Position numbers and translations under genes: made by a program. From Spirochaetia bacterium (GTDB taxonomy: Bacteria > Spirochaetota > Spirochaetia > SP-2023), in assembly GCA_965263295.1 (NCBI GenBank), contig OZ253665.1, positions 768,001 through 832,000 on the forward strand: DNA of 64,000 nt, read 5' to 3'. Numbering within the stretch: the stretch's first letter is position 1; every line of letters begins with the position of its first letter. Below, in pieces: positions 10,578 to 20,861 of this stretch. The notes beneath the pieces are model-generated. The model was not told the DNA's origin and did not search any database. It saw nothing but the letters and a program-made list of their open reading frames with translations.

Positions 10578-10967
10578 CTATGCGTGCTTTTTGAATTTTC
10601 TGATCTGTCGCAGCGACAAGATTGCCAGCCCGGCCAGCATTGCCGTCAGAGCCAGCGGGTTCAGCACGAACAGCGGTCCCGTTGCAATCGGGAACAGCCG
10701 GCAGGCGCCAAACGCCACCGCGCTAAAGAAGACCACAGACACAAGCCCCCGCGTACTTCTGATGTGGAGGGCAAAGAGCGTAGCAAACCCTAAAAATATG
10801 AAAAGACAAGAAATCGGAATCAGAAAAAAGGCCTCGTGCACAAAGCCCAGCTGATCGACGTAGGCAGTTTGTTGATAGGCAAGGTAGCTGATGATGGCGC
10901 CAGAGAAGCAGGCCAAAGGCAGTAAGTTCCTTCTGAATGGTATAAAAATATCTTTTAGATGCTGCAT
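10578..10967 (-). CDS. Small membrane protein, DUF3955-like
   Basis: Four hydrophobic segments; YVDxxGxVHEAFFLIP motif; GGAG RBS. Confidence 0.6.
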   Translation of the reverse strand: MQHLKDIFIPFRRNLLPLACFSGAIISYLAYQQTAYVDQLGFVHEAFFLIPISCLFIFLGFATLFALHIRSTRGLVSVVFFSAVAFGACRLFPIATGPLFVLNPLALTAMLAGLAILSLRQIRKFKKHA

Positions 10968-11157
10968 TTGGGGCTCCTCTTAGGCTCCTCTAGTCTATGC
11001 TAGAAACTCTTTATTTTCAGTATAACAAAAATTTTACGGCTCAACAATATTTTTATCAAGTCTAAAGATCTTTTGTTTCAATATTTTTGGGCAATTAATG
11101 TCAATTGGCAGATGGCCAGATTTATCGGTGTCATGGCACAGAACGACGCGGGCTAGG

Positions 11158-12102
11158 TCAAACGGAGCGAAAGCTGTGCCCCAGTAAATATTCCAGGGTA
11201 TTTTGCAAGCGCGAAAATATAGTTGTGGCTATTTGGGCATAATAAGGAGTTTGGTGACCGAAAAAAAATTCATCCTGGCGCACAAAGCTACTTAAGTTCT
11301 GTTCGGCCCAGCATAGCAGGTTGAGTTCGTCAGAGCTGAGAAAATGGCCACTGTGCGCATGCGCACAGCGCGCGCACAGCAATTCACTAGCATCGCTAAA
11401 AAATATTTTCTGTGTCAGGAGTTCAAAACGGAGGTCGCAGTTGTGGCAGCGTTCCAGGCCAGGATGAAAGCCTTCGAGCAAAAGAGACTGCCAGAAAAAA
11501 CGCAGGCTGGCCAAGCGGCAATGTGCCGGATTGTCAAAATGCAGGATGGCACTCAGCAGGCTGCGCAGCTCGGCAAATACTGTGTTGCTCTGTCGTTGGC
11601 GCTGCTGCGGCCCGTTATATTGACCTTGATATTGTCCTTGATACTGACCTAGGCCGTGTGAGTGCAGCAGCAATTCCGACCACAGGGCCGCGTGCCGGTA
11701 GACTTCAGCGCAGCTGGGGGGGGAGAGCAAGAGGCTTGGGGCTTCAAGCTGCCAGTCGGCAACATGTAGGGAATGCCCCTTTCCCGCCTTAATATTTAAG
11801 GAGCCAAAGGAGTAGGGCTGGACCGTCGCCCGCAGTGGATTGCGTTTGCTCACAGCTCCGTAGAGAAAGGCTGAGAGAAGGCCGTAGTCTGGATTGAGGA
11901 AGATCGCGTGGCGGTGCAGGTCTTTCAATGGCTCACAAAATAGCAAATACGCCGGAAAATATTCGTGGTGGGCCACTTGATAGTTGTGCCAAATTCCCCA
12001 GAAGTTTCGTGGTTTTTGCCTCTGTATTCGCGCGATCCCGGAGTGCCGATCCGTCAGGATTGGAGGGCCATTCGTGGGAATTTCAGTTGAAGCTGGCTTC
12101 AT
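11158..12102 (-). CDS. recO: DNA repair protein RecO (divergent)
   Basis: OB-fold segment GLLSAFLYGA..KRNPLRATVQPYS; GFHPGLERCHNC...LLCARC zinc finger. Confidence 0.72.
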   Translation of the reverse strand: MKPASTEIPTNGPPILTDRHSGIARIQRQKPRNFWGIWHNYQVAHHEYFPAYLLFCEPLKDLHRHAIFLNPDYGLLSAFLYGAVSKRNPLRATVQPYSFGSLNIKAGKGHSLHVADWQLEAPSLLLSPPSCAEVYRHAALWSELLLHSHGLGQYQGQYQGQYNGPQQRQRQSNTVFAELRSLLSAILHFDNPAHCRLASLRFFWQSLLLEGFHPGLERCHNCDLRFELLTQKIFFSDASELLCARCAHAHSGHFLSSDELNLLCWAEQNLSSFVRQDEFFFGHQTPYYAQIATTIFSRLQNTLEYLLGHSFRSV

Positions 12103-13040
12103 TGCAATGTTCTCGTACCTTCGACGTAAGCGGCAGAGGTCCCCGCATCAGAGGCTTTCTTGCGCGAGCGGTAGCCCAAGGGCCTAAAACTATAAATTAT
12201 ACCATATTGCCAGGGTTCGGTGGCGATGGCTTCGCCCCAAGGTACGAATATACTGACAACTCCCTGGTCGCGATTCATGATCTGGCCGGGAGGAAAAGAG
12301 ACTTGTATGCCGGATTTGCCAAAACTTAGCATGTCCAAGTGTTCGCGGTCAGGCTGGATGCCTTGTGAATAGTAATTGCCTCGCCCGATATATTCGTCGA
12401 GTTGACGCAAACAGGAGGCTGCCAGGCCACGGAAGACAAGCAGAGGCTCTGCGACGACATCCCCAAAATCGACCACGGTGCCAAAGCGCAGGGAATACAT
12501 GAAAGTCTCAGCCTCTGTCGTGCTGTTCTCGCCGGGGGCAAGTTTGCTTTTGGAGGATTCCTGGGCTTGCAGGACAATGGTTCCAGGCGAACTATTGCCT
12601 ATTTCTTTGGCTTTAATGTTTGTCTGGCCTCGTTGCACTTCTCGTGTTTCGTAGAGGACGAAAGAGATAATCCGCAGATCGGGTGAGCGCAAAGCGTCAA
12701 AAGTCGCGCGATAGATAAACGCTGTTCCCCGATTCAGATATTTGATGCTGTCTTCGTTCAGATGCTTGCGAAAAGCTCGGTACTTGCTCAGTATTCTTTC
12801 GCGCAGCAGGCCATCCAGGTTGGCGTTGTTCGTGATGGGGTAATGCAGCTCTGTCAACAGCAAGTCGGTCTTTTGGAGATAGACGCTTTGGCGTATGCCC
12901 GTAGCACCTAATATCTGGTCGCTGCTGCTGCATGACTGTGACAATAAAACAGTGATCAGTAACAGGAAGGCTGGAGCGCGAGGATCTCGAATATGGCGTC
13001 GCACGATGCGATTCTTCTCTTGTGATTGCAGGGCTGTCAT
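12099..13040 (-). CDS. DUF3298/RsiV(PdaC)-like lipoprotein
   Basis: Lipobox LLSQSC; C-terminal SFGKSGIQVSFPPGQI..GVVSIFVPW typical of DUF3298; start uncertain. Confidence 0.6.
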   Translation of the reverse strand: MTALQSQEKNRIVRRHIRDPRAPAFLLLITVLLSQSCSSSDQILGATGIRQSVYLQKTDLLLTELHYPITNNANLDGLLRERILSKYRAFRKHLNEDSIKYLNRGTAFIYRATFDALRSPDLRIISFVLYETREVQRGQTNIKAKEIGNSSPGTIVLQAQESSKSKLAPGENSTTEAETFMYSLRFGTVVDFGDVVAEPLLVFRGLAASCLRQLDEYIGRGNYYSQGIQPDREHLDMLSFGKSGIQVSFPPGQIMNRDQGVVSIFVPWGEAIATEPWQYGIIYSFRPLGYRSRKKASDAGTSAAYVEGTRTLQ

Positions 13041-13044
13041 GGAA

Positions 13045-14130
13045 TTACTTTTTACTGAAACTTTGGTGTGGTTCCAGCTCGCCGCCAAAGAGCTGGCTGG
13101 ATTGGATCCAGCTCAGGCTTTCCTGTTGCCACAGGCTAAGGATTTTCTGCCACTGCAGTTGTACTTGTTTGCGGGCATAATCTAGCTCATTGGGGTCGCT
13201 AGCTTTCGTGTCGCCTGCGTTTATCGGTGTCTGATGGGCGCCCGTGCCTTTTTGCAGTTGCAATAACAGCAGGGGTGGCAGCGAAAACCAGGCTTCGACA
13301 GCCAAGTCCCCATCTTCATCCTGGTAGTAACGGCAAAGAATGGCCTCGCGGTTGATTTGATTAATGTGGTTTTGAATTTCCTGTTCACTGATCGGTGGGG
13401 CAGAACCAGGCACGTCATGATCGACTTTGTTGTTGCGCCTTAACGACCAGTAGGTACTGAACAGGATTTGCTGGTCAAGCACTTGAAAAGTGATACTGGC
13501 CTGTTCTGGATCTTGGGCGATGGCATAGTTTTCCAGAAAACTGACCGCATAGCCACTTTGTCGCAGCAGTGTCGCGACAGCCTCTAACTGTGATTTGGAA
13601 CCGTAGAGTTGCTGCAGATCTTTGCTTTGCTTTGCCTGAGCCTGAATATCGGTAGCTCCTGGCCGAAAGAAATTTTTGAGCCAGGCGTTATTGAACACGG
13701 TAAAAGCCAGCATGCCAGCCAAAAGGAGCAGCGAAGCCCAAAGGTTCCAATGCGCGTTGGGGTTGCATAGCTCCAACAAGAAGTCACTACTTTCATAATA
13801 TTCTAGTTCGGTGTTTAAGCGATTGATGGCAGCATCTTGCGTGCCGGTGGAGAAAAATAGCCAAGATAACTGATTGCGGTCTTTAAAGCGCTGGGTGTTT
13901 TCCAGGTAGTCAAACTCCCAGCCGAATTGCAGAACCGCTGTGCGTTGCTTGGGCTTGGCTCGCAGTAAAAAATTTAACTCGCCGGTGCGCCATAAAACTA
14001 GCCTTCCTGGGATGATGCAGCAGGGGTCCTGGCCCAGGATTTCACAGTACTCCTGGATGCTCGCTTGTAGGTCGGGGACTTGTAAGGTGATGTGAAAACG
14101 TTTGGAATGACGTTCCTGGAATCTTGGCAT
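13045..14130 (-). CDS. Fusion: N-terminal VOC/glyoxalase-like domain, TM helix, C-terminal YbjN-like domain
   Basis: KRFHITLQVPDLQASIQEY...LWRTGELNF...FKDRNQLSW; one TM; INQINREAILCRYYQDEDGDLAVE. Confidence 0.6.
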   Translation of the reverse strand: MPRFQERHSKRFHITLQVPDLQASIQEYCEILGQDPCCIIPGRLVLWRTGELNFLLRAKPKQRTAVLQFGWEFDYLENTQRFKDRNQLSWLFFSTGTQDAAINRLNTELEYYESSDFLLELCNPNAHWNLWASLLLLAGMLAFTVFNNAWLKNFFRPGATDIQAQAKQSKDLQQLYGSKSQLEAVATLLRQSGYAVSFLENYAIAQDPEQASITFQVLDQQILFSTYWSLRRNNKVDHDVPGSAPPISEQEIQNHINQINREAILCRYYQDEDGDLAVEAWFSLPPLLLLQLQKGTGAHQTPINAGDTKASDPNELDYARKQVQLQWQKILSLWQQESLSWIQSSQLFGGELEPHQSFSKK

Positions 14131-14432
14131 GGCTTGATATTAGTGCAATTGCGCTTGTGCGTCCACTCGGCCAATAGGGTCAGGGTCGCCGCAAAGCGGC
14201 TTTAAATTACATCCGGGGAAAATGCAAATGGGAAAATGCAAATACGGGGCGACGAATAAGGTGTAGATAATGTGAAAATTCTTGATATCGTGTCCGCTAG
14301 ATAAAATGGCGCTCTGTTTTTGCGGTCTCCATCCCCAGTCGCCGATTCTCGGTCTCCATCGCAATTGCACTCCCTGCGAATGTGCCGATTTATCTTGCTC
14401 GCCACACAAGACATCGCTAGAATCGCTTAACT

Positions 14433-16271
14433 ATGGCCAAAAAGCTCCCTTTCCCGCTGGAACGCATCCGCAACTTTTGCATTATCGCCCACATTGATCA
14501 CGGCAAATCGACGCTGGCAGACCGCTTCATTCAGGAAACCCGGCTGGTCTCCGAGCGCGAATTCCAAAATCAGCTGCTCGATTCCATGGAAATTGAACGT
14601 GAGCGGGGTATCACGATTAAATCGCAGGCGGTCACTATGGTCTACACGGCCCGCGATGGCGCGGAATACTGCCTGAATTTTGTCGACACACCGGGCCATG
14701 TGGATTTTTCTTACGAAGTTTCGCGCGCGATAGCTTCCTGCGAGGGGGCCCTGCTCTTGGTTGACGCCACGCAGGGAATTGAAGCGCAGACCCTCGCCAA
14801 CTTTTATATCGCCTTGGAAAATAATCTGGAAATTATTCCGGTGCTCAATAAAGTCGACCTGCCGAGTGCCGATGTGGCCGCGATTACCGCGCAGATTGAA
14901 CGCGACCTGGGCCTAGATGGCCAGCTCGTGTTTGCGGTTTCAGCCAAGACCGGCCTGGGCGTCGTCGATCTGCTCGAAGGTATCATCGAGCATTGTCCGC
15001 CCCCTCTGGGCGAGGACCGCGGCGAGCGCGAGGCCGAGCTGCAGGCGCTGATCTTTGATAGCCACTACGACCCCTATCGCGGCGTGGTCTTGCACATTCG
15101 CGTGTTTCAGGGGACCTTGCGCAAGAGCCAGCGCTTTCGCCTGATGCACGGCAAGGCCGAGTATGACGTCGAAGACCTCGGTTATTTTCAGATTAAGCTG
15201 GTTTCCAGCGACAGCCTGAGTGCCGGCGAAGCTGGTTATCTGATTGGCAATGTCAAAAACATTGGCGAAGTCACGGTTGGAGATACCATCACTTTGGCTG
15301 ACCGCCCCGCAGCCAAGCCGCTATCGGGCTTTAAGCCGGTTAAACCCGTCGTGTTTTCTTCGATTTATCCGGTCGACAGCAACTTGTATGACGATTTGAT
15401 TAAAGCGATGGAAAAGCTCGCCCTCAACGATGCTTCGCTGACATATGAGAAAGATGCTTCTGCAGCTTTAGGTTTCGGCTTCCGCTGCGGCTTTCTCGGC
15501 TTGTTGCACCTGGAAGTCATCCAAGAACGCCTGGAAAGCGAGTTTGACCTCAACATCGTCTTGACCGCGCCTTCGGTCCGCTATCGGATTGTCGGCAACG
15601 ACGGTAAATATTGGTATTTGGACAATCCGGCTCACTATCCGAAGTCCAACACGTTCAAGCTGGTCGAGGAGCCCTATATTTGCGCCAGTATCATCACGCC
15701 GCAAGAATTTCTCGGCGGCCTGATGACGCTGTGCAGCCAGAAGCGCGGTGTCCAGAAAAATATGCATTATCTGGATACCCAACGCGTCGAGTTGACCTAT
15801 GAAATGCCGCTGGGTGAAATTCTGTTTGATTTTTACGACAAGCTGAAGTCTGTGAGCAAGGGCTATGCTTCCTTTGATTATGAGATTGTCGACTACAAGC
15901 CAACTGAGTTGAGCAAGGTGGATATTTTGATCAACGGCGATGTGGTCGATGCGTTGGCGTTGCTGACGCACAAGAGCAGTGCGCAGCGCCGGGGGCGGGC
16001 CATTTGCGAAAAGCTCAGCCGTGAAATACCGCGCCACCAGTTTAAAATTCCGATTCAAGCAGCTATTGGGGGTACCGTGATTGCCCGCGAAACGATTAAC
16101 GCCCTGCGCAAGGACGTCACGGCCAAATGTTATGGCGGCGACATTACGCGCAAGAAAAAGCTGCTGGAAAAACAAAAGGAAGGCAAAAAACGCATGAAGA
16201 TGGTCGGTTCGGTAGAACTGCCGCAGAGTGCTTTCCTGGCCGCACTGAAAAGCCAGGACACAGAAGCATGA
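14433..16271 (+). CDS. lepA: Elongation factor 4
   Basis: IRNFCIIAHIDHGKSTLADR, DTPGHVDF, GFRCGFLGLLH, KCYGGDITRKKKLLEKQKEGKKRMK. Confidence 0.98.
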   Translation: MAKKLPFPLERIRNFCIIAHIDHGKSTLADRFIQETRLVSEREFQNQLLDSMEIERERGITIKSQAVTMVYTARDGAEYCLNFVDTPGHVDFSYEVSRAIASCEGALLLVDATQGIEAQTLANFYIALENNLEIIPVLNKVDLPSADVAAITAQIERDLGLDGQLVFAVSAKTGLGVVDLLEGIIEHCPPPLGEDRGEREAELQALIFDSHYDPYRGVVLHIRVFQGTLRKSQRFRLMHGKAEYDVEDLGYFQIKLVSSDSLSAGEAGYLIGNVKNIGEVTVGDTITLADRPAAKPLSGFKPVKPVVFSSIYPVDSNLYDDLIKAMEKLALNDASLTYEKDASAALGFGFRCGFLGLLHLEVIQERLESEFDLNIVLTAPSVRYRIVGNDGKYWYLDNPAHYPKSNTFKLVEEPYICASIITPQEFLGGLMTLCSQKRGVQKNMHYLDTQRVELTYEMPLGEILFDFYDKLKSVSKGYASFDYEIVDYKPTELSKVDILINGDVVDALALLTHKSSAQRRGRAICEKLSREIPRHQFKIPIQAAIGGTVIARETINALRKDVTAKCYGGDITRKKKLLEKQKEGKKRMKMVGSVELPQSAFLAALKSQDTEA

Positions 16272-16375
16272 GCCGCGCTGCCAGGGCGGGGTATTCCAAA
16301 CTGAATTCCGAGCAGATTTCCGGGTCGGTCCTCAAACATGGGTATCGGCGAGGTCGCTGTGCAGGCTGCCGGTAA

Positions 16376-16404
16376 TTGAGAAGAGCGCTCAAACTTGCTA
16401 CAAT
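16376..16404 (+). promoter_or_regulatory. Sigma70 promoter upstream of cimA
   Basis: TTGAGA-N17-TACAAT with extended -10 TG. Confidence 0.5.
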
Positions 16405-16433
16405 GCGGCGAGCCCAGCAATACAGGGGATTTT

Positions 16434-18083
16434 ATGGCGGTAACATTTTTGGACACAACCTTGCGCGATGGTGCCCAGGGTATTGGGATCAGTTTTTCAT
16501 TACAGGATAAACTCGACATTACCGAGCGCCTCGATGCTTTTGGTATTGATTACATTGAAGGTGGTTTTCCGTTTGCCTCGGAACGCGAAATTGCATACTT
16601 TCGCCGCGCCCGCAGCTTAAATCTCAAGCACGCCCGATTGGTGGCTTTTGGCTCGACGCGCCGCCCTGGTGCCGATGCCGATCGCGATGCCCAGATGCAA
16701 GCCTTGCTGGAGGCCGAGACCCCCGCGGTGGTTATTGTCGCCAAGGGTTGGGACGCCCATGTCCGCCAGGTCATTGGCACGGACTTGGAAGAAAACTTGC
16801 GCATGATTGATGATTCTATCCGCTGTTTCAAGCGGCGAAACCGTGAAGTGATCATTGACATTGAGCATTTTTTTGACGGCTACTTCGTCAACCCCGACTA
16901 CTCTTTGCAAGTATTGCGCAGCGCGCTCAATGCGGGGGCGGACTGGGTTGTGCTTTGCGATACCAACGGCGGCATTTTACCGCAGCAGGTCGGCGATACT
17001 TTGGCTCAAGTCGCCCAAGAAAATGTTCCGTTGCAGCGCCTGGGCATTCATTGTCACAATGATACCGAGTGCGCCGTGGCATGCTCGTTGATGGCCGCGT
17101 CCGCCGGCGTCCGCCACCTTCACGGAACCATCAACGGTATCGGCGAGCGCTGCGGAAATGCCAATTTGGTATCCATTATTCCCAATATTGCCCTAAAGAT
17201 GGGCCTGGATTCTCAGTGCCGACCGCAGCTTTCAGGCCTGACTCAATTGTCGCGTTATGTCAGTGAAAAGTGTAATTTGGTGCCGGACCGCAAGCAACCT
17301 TATGTCGGCGATGCCGCTTTTGGCCACAAGGCGGGCCAACATGCAGATGTAATCTCTAAAGATTCAGTCCTGATGGAACATATTGCCAGTGCCCTGGTGG
17401 GCAATCAGCGCCATTTGGTTGTCTCCGAGCTGGCTGGCCGCGCTTCGGTATTGCCGCTGCTGCAAAAACTGGGAAAGCCTCTGGGACGGAGCTTTGATAA
17501 GGGTTCTCCCGAAGTCAAGGAGTTGATTCGGCGCATTAAGGCCCGCGAATCCCAAGGCTACCTCTACGAGGCCGCAGAGGCCTCGCTGGAGTTGGAGACT
17601 CGCCGTGTGCTGAAGATTTATCAGCCGCTGTTTGAGTTGACCAATTATCACATTGAGATTTTTCGCACCAGCGAGTTTGTCAGCCAGACAGTGGGGCGGC
17701 TTTTCCTCAAGGCCCCCTGTCACGACGGGGCGACCTTGCTGGACCTGATGGGGGCCGGGGTCGGCGAGGGGCCTGTGGCCATGCTGGACGCCGCCATTCG
17801 CAATGCACTTTCGTTGCGCCATATCGATGCGCAATCCGCAGGGAGCGAGCAGATACATTTTGCCTGGCTAGAGGAGCTTTCACTGATTGATTACCGCGTG
17901 CGCGTCATCAACCCAGAAGAGGCCGCGAATGCCCGCGTTCGGGTTGTGATTTCCTCTCGGTGCGAGCGCGATTCGCAGAGCTGGGACACCGTGGGAGTTT
18001 CGCAAAATATCGTCGATGCTTCACTGGAAGCCTTGAAGGACTCCTACGATTATTTTTACAACCGTTTTGTTTTGCGGGACTGA
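16434..18083 (+). CDS. cimA: Citramalate synthase (DRE-TIM family with LeuA-type regulatory domain)
   Basis: DTTLRDGAQ, AFGSTRR, EHFFDGY, LCDTNGG, HCHND, GERCGNANL. Confidence 0.88.
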   Translation: MAVTFLDTTLRDGAQGIGISFSLQDKLDITERLDAFGIDYIEGGFPFASEREIAYFRRARSLNLKHARLVAFGSTRRPGADADRDAQMQALLEAETPAVVIVAKGWDAHVRQVIGTDLEENLRMIDDSIRCFKRRNREVIIDIEHFFDGYFVNPDYSLQVLRSALNAGADWVVLCDTNGGILPQQVGDTLAQVAQENVPLQRLGIHCHNDTECAVACSLMAASAGVRHLHGTINGIGERCGNANLVSIIPNIALKMGLDSQCRPQLSGLTQLSRYVSEKCNLVPDRKQPYVGDAAFGHKAGQHADVISKDSVLMEHIASALVGNQRHLVVSELAGRASVLPLLQKLGKPLGRSFDKGSPEVKELIRRIKARESQGYLYEAAEASLELETRRVLKIYQPLFELTNYHIEIFRTSEFVSQTVGRLFLKAPCHDGATLLDLMGAGVGEGPVAMLDAAIRNALSLRHIDAQSAGSEQIHFAWLEELSLIDYRVRVINPEEAANARVRVVISSRCERDSQSWDTVGVSQNIVDASLEALKDSYDYFYNRFVLRD

Positions 18084-18085
18084 CG

Positions 18086-19180
18086 ATGCGTATTTTAGGT
18101 ATAGAAAGTTCTTGCGATGAATGCGCCGCCGCCGTGGTCGAGGATGCGCGGATAGTACGATCCAATATCGTGGCCTCACAGATTGAACAACACAAGCTGT
18201 ATGACGGCGTCGTGCCTGAAATCGCGGCGCGCCTGCACTGCGAATGGATTCAGAACGTTTGTGCCGAGGCCCTGCAGCAGGCAGGTTGCAGCCTGAATGA
18301 TATTGATGTCATTGCCGTCACGACACAGCCGGGCATGATTGGCGCTCTGCTCGTTGGCCTTTCCTTCGCCAAAGGACTGGCCTGGGCCACGGGCAAACCT
18401 TTGGTTGGTGTCGATCATATTCTAGCCCACTTGTACGTGCCGCGTATAGAGGCGGAAGGCAGCGCCGAGCCACTGCTCTATCCATACATAGGCCTGCTGG
18501 TTTCCGGCGGTCACACGATGATTTGTGTCGTGCATTCCTTCTGCGAAGTTGAGGTGCTGGGAGCCAGTATTGACGATGCTTGTGGCGAAGCCTTTGATAA
18601 GGTGGCCAAATTTTATGGCCTGGGCTACCCCGGCGGTGCTGCCATTGATGGCCTTGTAAAAAATAATGGCGGTGATGAAACAGCTTATGTGTTTCCCCAG
18701 CCGAGGCTGAAGAACAGCCGTCGCGAGCTGGACGTTTCGTTTTCCGGTTTAAAAACTGCCGCCATCTGGCAGTGTTCGCAGTTTTTGCAGCCAGGTAAAG
18801 ACGGCAAACTGGAGAATTTGTTGGCTTCTTACCAGAAAGCGATTGTCGACATGCTCTTGGATCGAGTTTTGCGAGCAGCCGAGCATACGGGAATAAGGAG
18901 GGTGGCGATCGGTGGCGGCGTAGCCGCCAACAGTTACTTGCGCACCCAACTGGCTAATTTGCGCGCCGGCGGTGCCTGGGATATCCGTACGCCGAATTTG
19001 AAGTATTGTACGGATAACGCCGTCATGATCGCGGCTATCGCTTGGGAGTATGCGCGGGAGGGGCGCTATGCCGGCCTGGATTGCTCTGCCCATTCGCGGG
19101 TTGAGGGCTTCCGTTCCATGCCGGCCAAAAACCGCAAGTCCCAGTCTGCGCGTCGAAATGCCGCTGCTAAAAAAGTTTAA
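18086..19180 (+). CDS. tsaD: tRNA N6-adenosine threonylcarbamoyltransferase
   Basis: MRILGIESSCDE, GVVPEIAAR, HxxAH, LLVSGGHT, DDACGEAFDKVA, CTDNAVMIA. Confidence 0.96.
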   Translation: MRILGIESSCDECAAAVVEDARIVRSNIVASQIEQHKLYDGVVPEIAARLHCEWIQNVCAEALQQAGCSLNDIDVIAVTTQPGMIGALLVGLSFAKGLAWATGKPLVGVDHILAHLYVPRIEAEGSAEPLLYPYIGLLVSGGHTMICVVHSFCEVEVLGASIDDACGEAFDKVAKFYGLGYPGGAAIDGLVKNNGGDETAYVFPQPRLKNSRRELDVSFSGLKTAAIWQCSQFLQPGKDGKLENLLASYQKAIVDMLLDRVLRAAEHTGIRRVAIGGGVAANSYLRTQLANLRAGGAWDIRTPNLKYCTDNAVMIAAIAWEYAREGRYAGLDCSAHSRVEGFRSMPAKNRKSQSARRNAAAKKV

Positions 19181-19333
19181 GCAAGTTTAATTTTGACTAA
19201 CCTTGACTTATAGACGGCCATGCACTCGCAGACCTTTTTTTTTGGGGGGGGGAGGGCGGCCCAATCGCCGAGGTTTCTCTCGTGCTTGCATTTGAAATGA
19301 GAATTATTGAAATGGAACCACTGAAACAGGAGC

Positions 19334-20845
19334 TTGTGGGGCAAGATCGTGGCAAGGGAAATTGTGGCAAGAGAAATCGTGAAACGGGAAATCGTGAAAA
19401 AAGAACTTGGGTTTAAGGCTTCGGGGAGGACAGAAAAACTTGCCAGAGTAAGACAGAGCGGAACTCAGCGTGGCGCTGCCGGCCGTGGCGACACGTTCTT
19501 AGGGGGGGCTTTATTGATTCTGGTGCTGACGGGACTGTCGTTATTTCTAGCTTGGGCCCAGGATTCACCGCCGACTGCGCCTGAGGATGAAGTACCGGAT
19601 GAGGCACCGTATGAGACACCAATGGAGGCGCCAATGGAGGCGCCACAAGAATCTCAAATTCCTCCACAAAAACAACTTAAATCTAAACCGGCTCAAGGTG
19701 AATCTCGTGCCCGCAGGGACGCAAATGCTCTTACAGCAGATTCGGCGAATGCCGTTGACAGCGAGGAAGCCCCGCAGTCGTCGCAGGGACTTTGGTACCG
19801 TTCGAATCAACTCGGCATGGCGTTAGAGCAACTGGACGATCCGCGTGATATTTCTTTGCAGGAGTGGGGGCTGGAAGTCGAACGCACGACACAGCAACGT
19901 TTGAAGACCCTGTATTATCGCGGCCAGCCGCGCGACACTTGGGTTTTGACTTATCGCAAGGGCAAGGCTTTTCAGGAACAGCATAAACGTAATGGGGTGT
20001 TGCTCGAAAATCGTTTTTTTGACGAAGAGACGGGTTATCTTGCCGAAATTGGCACCTATTCGGTTGCCAGTGGCGAGCTGCGCGAGCGCGAGCTGTTTTT
20101 TTATAATCAAAGCGGCCACTTGTTGCGCAGTATGCTCTACGATGAGTCGGGCCAGCTGGCCAGGGAAACCACTTTTCGCCTGGATGGGAGTGGGCAGCTG
20201 GTCAAGCTAAAAGTTCATATGAATACCAAGAAGTATGATCTCGTGCAGTATCAGTTACCTGGCTTGGATACCTTTATTCGCAATGACAAACAAAATCACA
20301 AGTATCTCGTCCGTCTCTTCGACAGCCAGCGGCGCAATACCAGCCAAATTGTCTACAATAATAATGTCATAGCTAAACGCACGAATTTTGAGTATGCTGC
20401 CAATGGTACTTTACTGCGCGAAATTGTAACTGAAGACAGGAAAGCCACTCAATATGATTATAACTCTGCCGGTTTATTATTGCAAAAACAAATATGGTCA
20501 GAAGATATTCTCTCTGAAACCGAAATTTATAAATATGACCGTTTGGGGCGTTTGGGCGTTCAGAAGGTGAACTTGTGGACGGAAAACAGCAGTACAGAAG
20601 AGCGCTATACGTATTTGAAGCAAACTAAGGATCTGCAGAAAATTGAGTTTTTTATTGATGACAAGCTTGATAAGATTCGTACATATACTAGCGGGCATGC
20701 TTACTATGAAGAGTTGTACATCCATGAAAAACCTGTGGCTAAAGTTTATTACAATTATGATGATCAGCTTCATACCGAAGTGACTTTTCAAAATGTTTCC
20801 AAACCCGAAAACTATAATAAATTTTTTGCCATAACAAAAGAGTAG
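19334..20845 (+). CDS. Secreted/membrane-anchored protein with YD/MORN-like beta repeats
   Basis: Hydrophobic segment, acidic Pro-rich linker, then repeated Y-x-x-x-G-x-L units (YNQSGHLL, YDESGQL, YNSAGLL, YDRLGRL); start uncertain. Confidence 0.6.
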   Translation: MWGKIVAREIVAREIVKREIVKKELGFKASGRTEKLARVRQSGTQRGAAGRGDTFLGGALLILVLTGLSLFLAWAQDSPPTAPEDEVPDEAPYETPMEAPMEAPQESQIPPQKQLKSKPAQGESRARRDANALTADSANAVDSEEAPQSSQGLWYRSNQLGMALEQLDDPRDISLQEWGLEVERTTQQRLKTLYYRGQPRDTWVLTYRKGKAFQEQHKRNGVLLENRFFDEETGYLAEIGTYSVASGELRERELFFYNQSGHLLRSMLYDESGQLARETTFRLDGSGQLVKLKVHMNTKKYDLVQYQLPGLDTFIRNDKQNHKYLVRLFDSQRRNTSQIVYNNNVIAKRTNFEYAANGTLLREIVTEDRKATQYDYNSAGLLLQKQIWSEDILSETEIYKYDRLGRLGVQKVNLWTENSSTEERYTYLKQTKDLQKIEFFIDDKLDKIRTYTSGHAYYEELYIHEKPVAKVYYNYDDQLHTEVTFQNVSKPENYNKFFAITKE

Positions 20846-20861
20846 GCTAGGGCCAGATAGA

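Noticed and set aside
19334..20845. Rhs polymorphic toxin
   Set aside because: Short, with no PxxxxDPxG core-end motif, toxin tip or immunity gene; it sits in a housekeeping operon.
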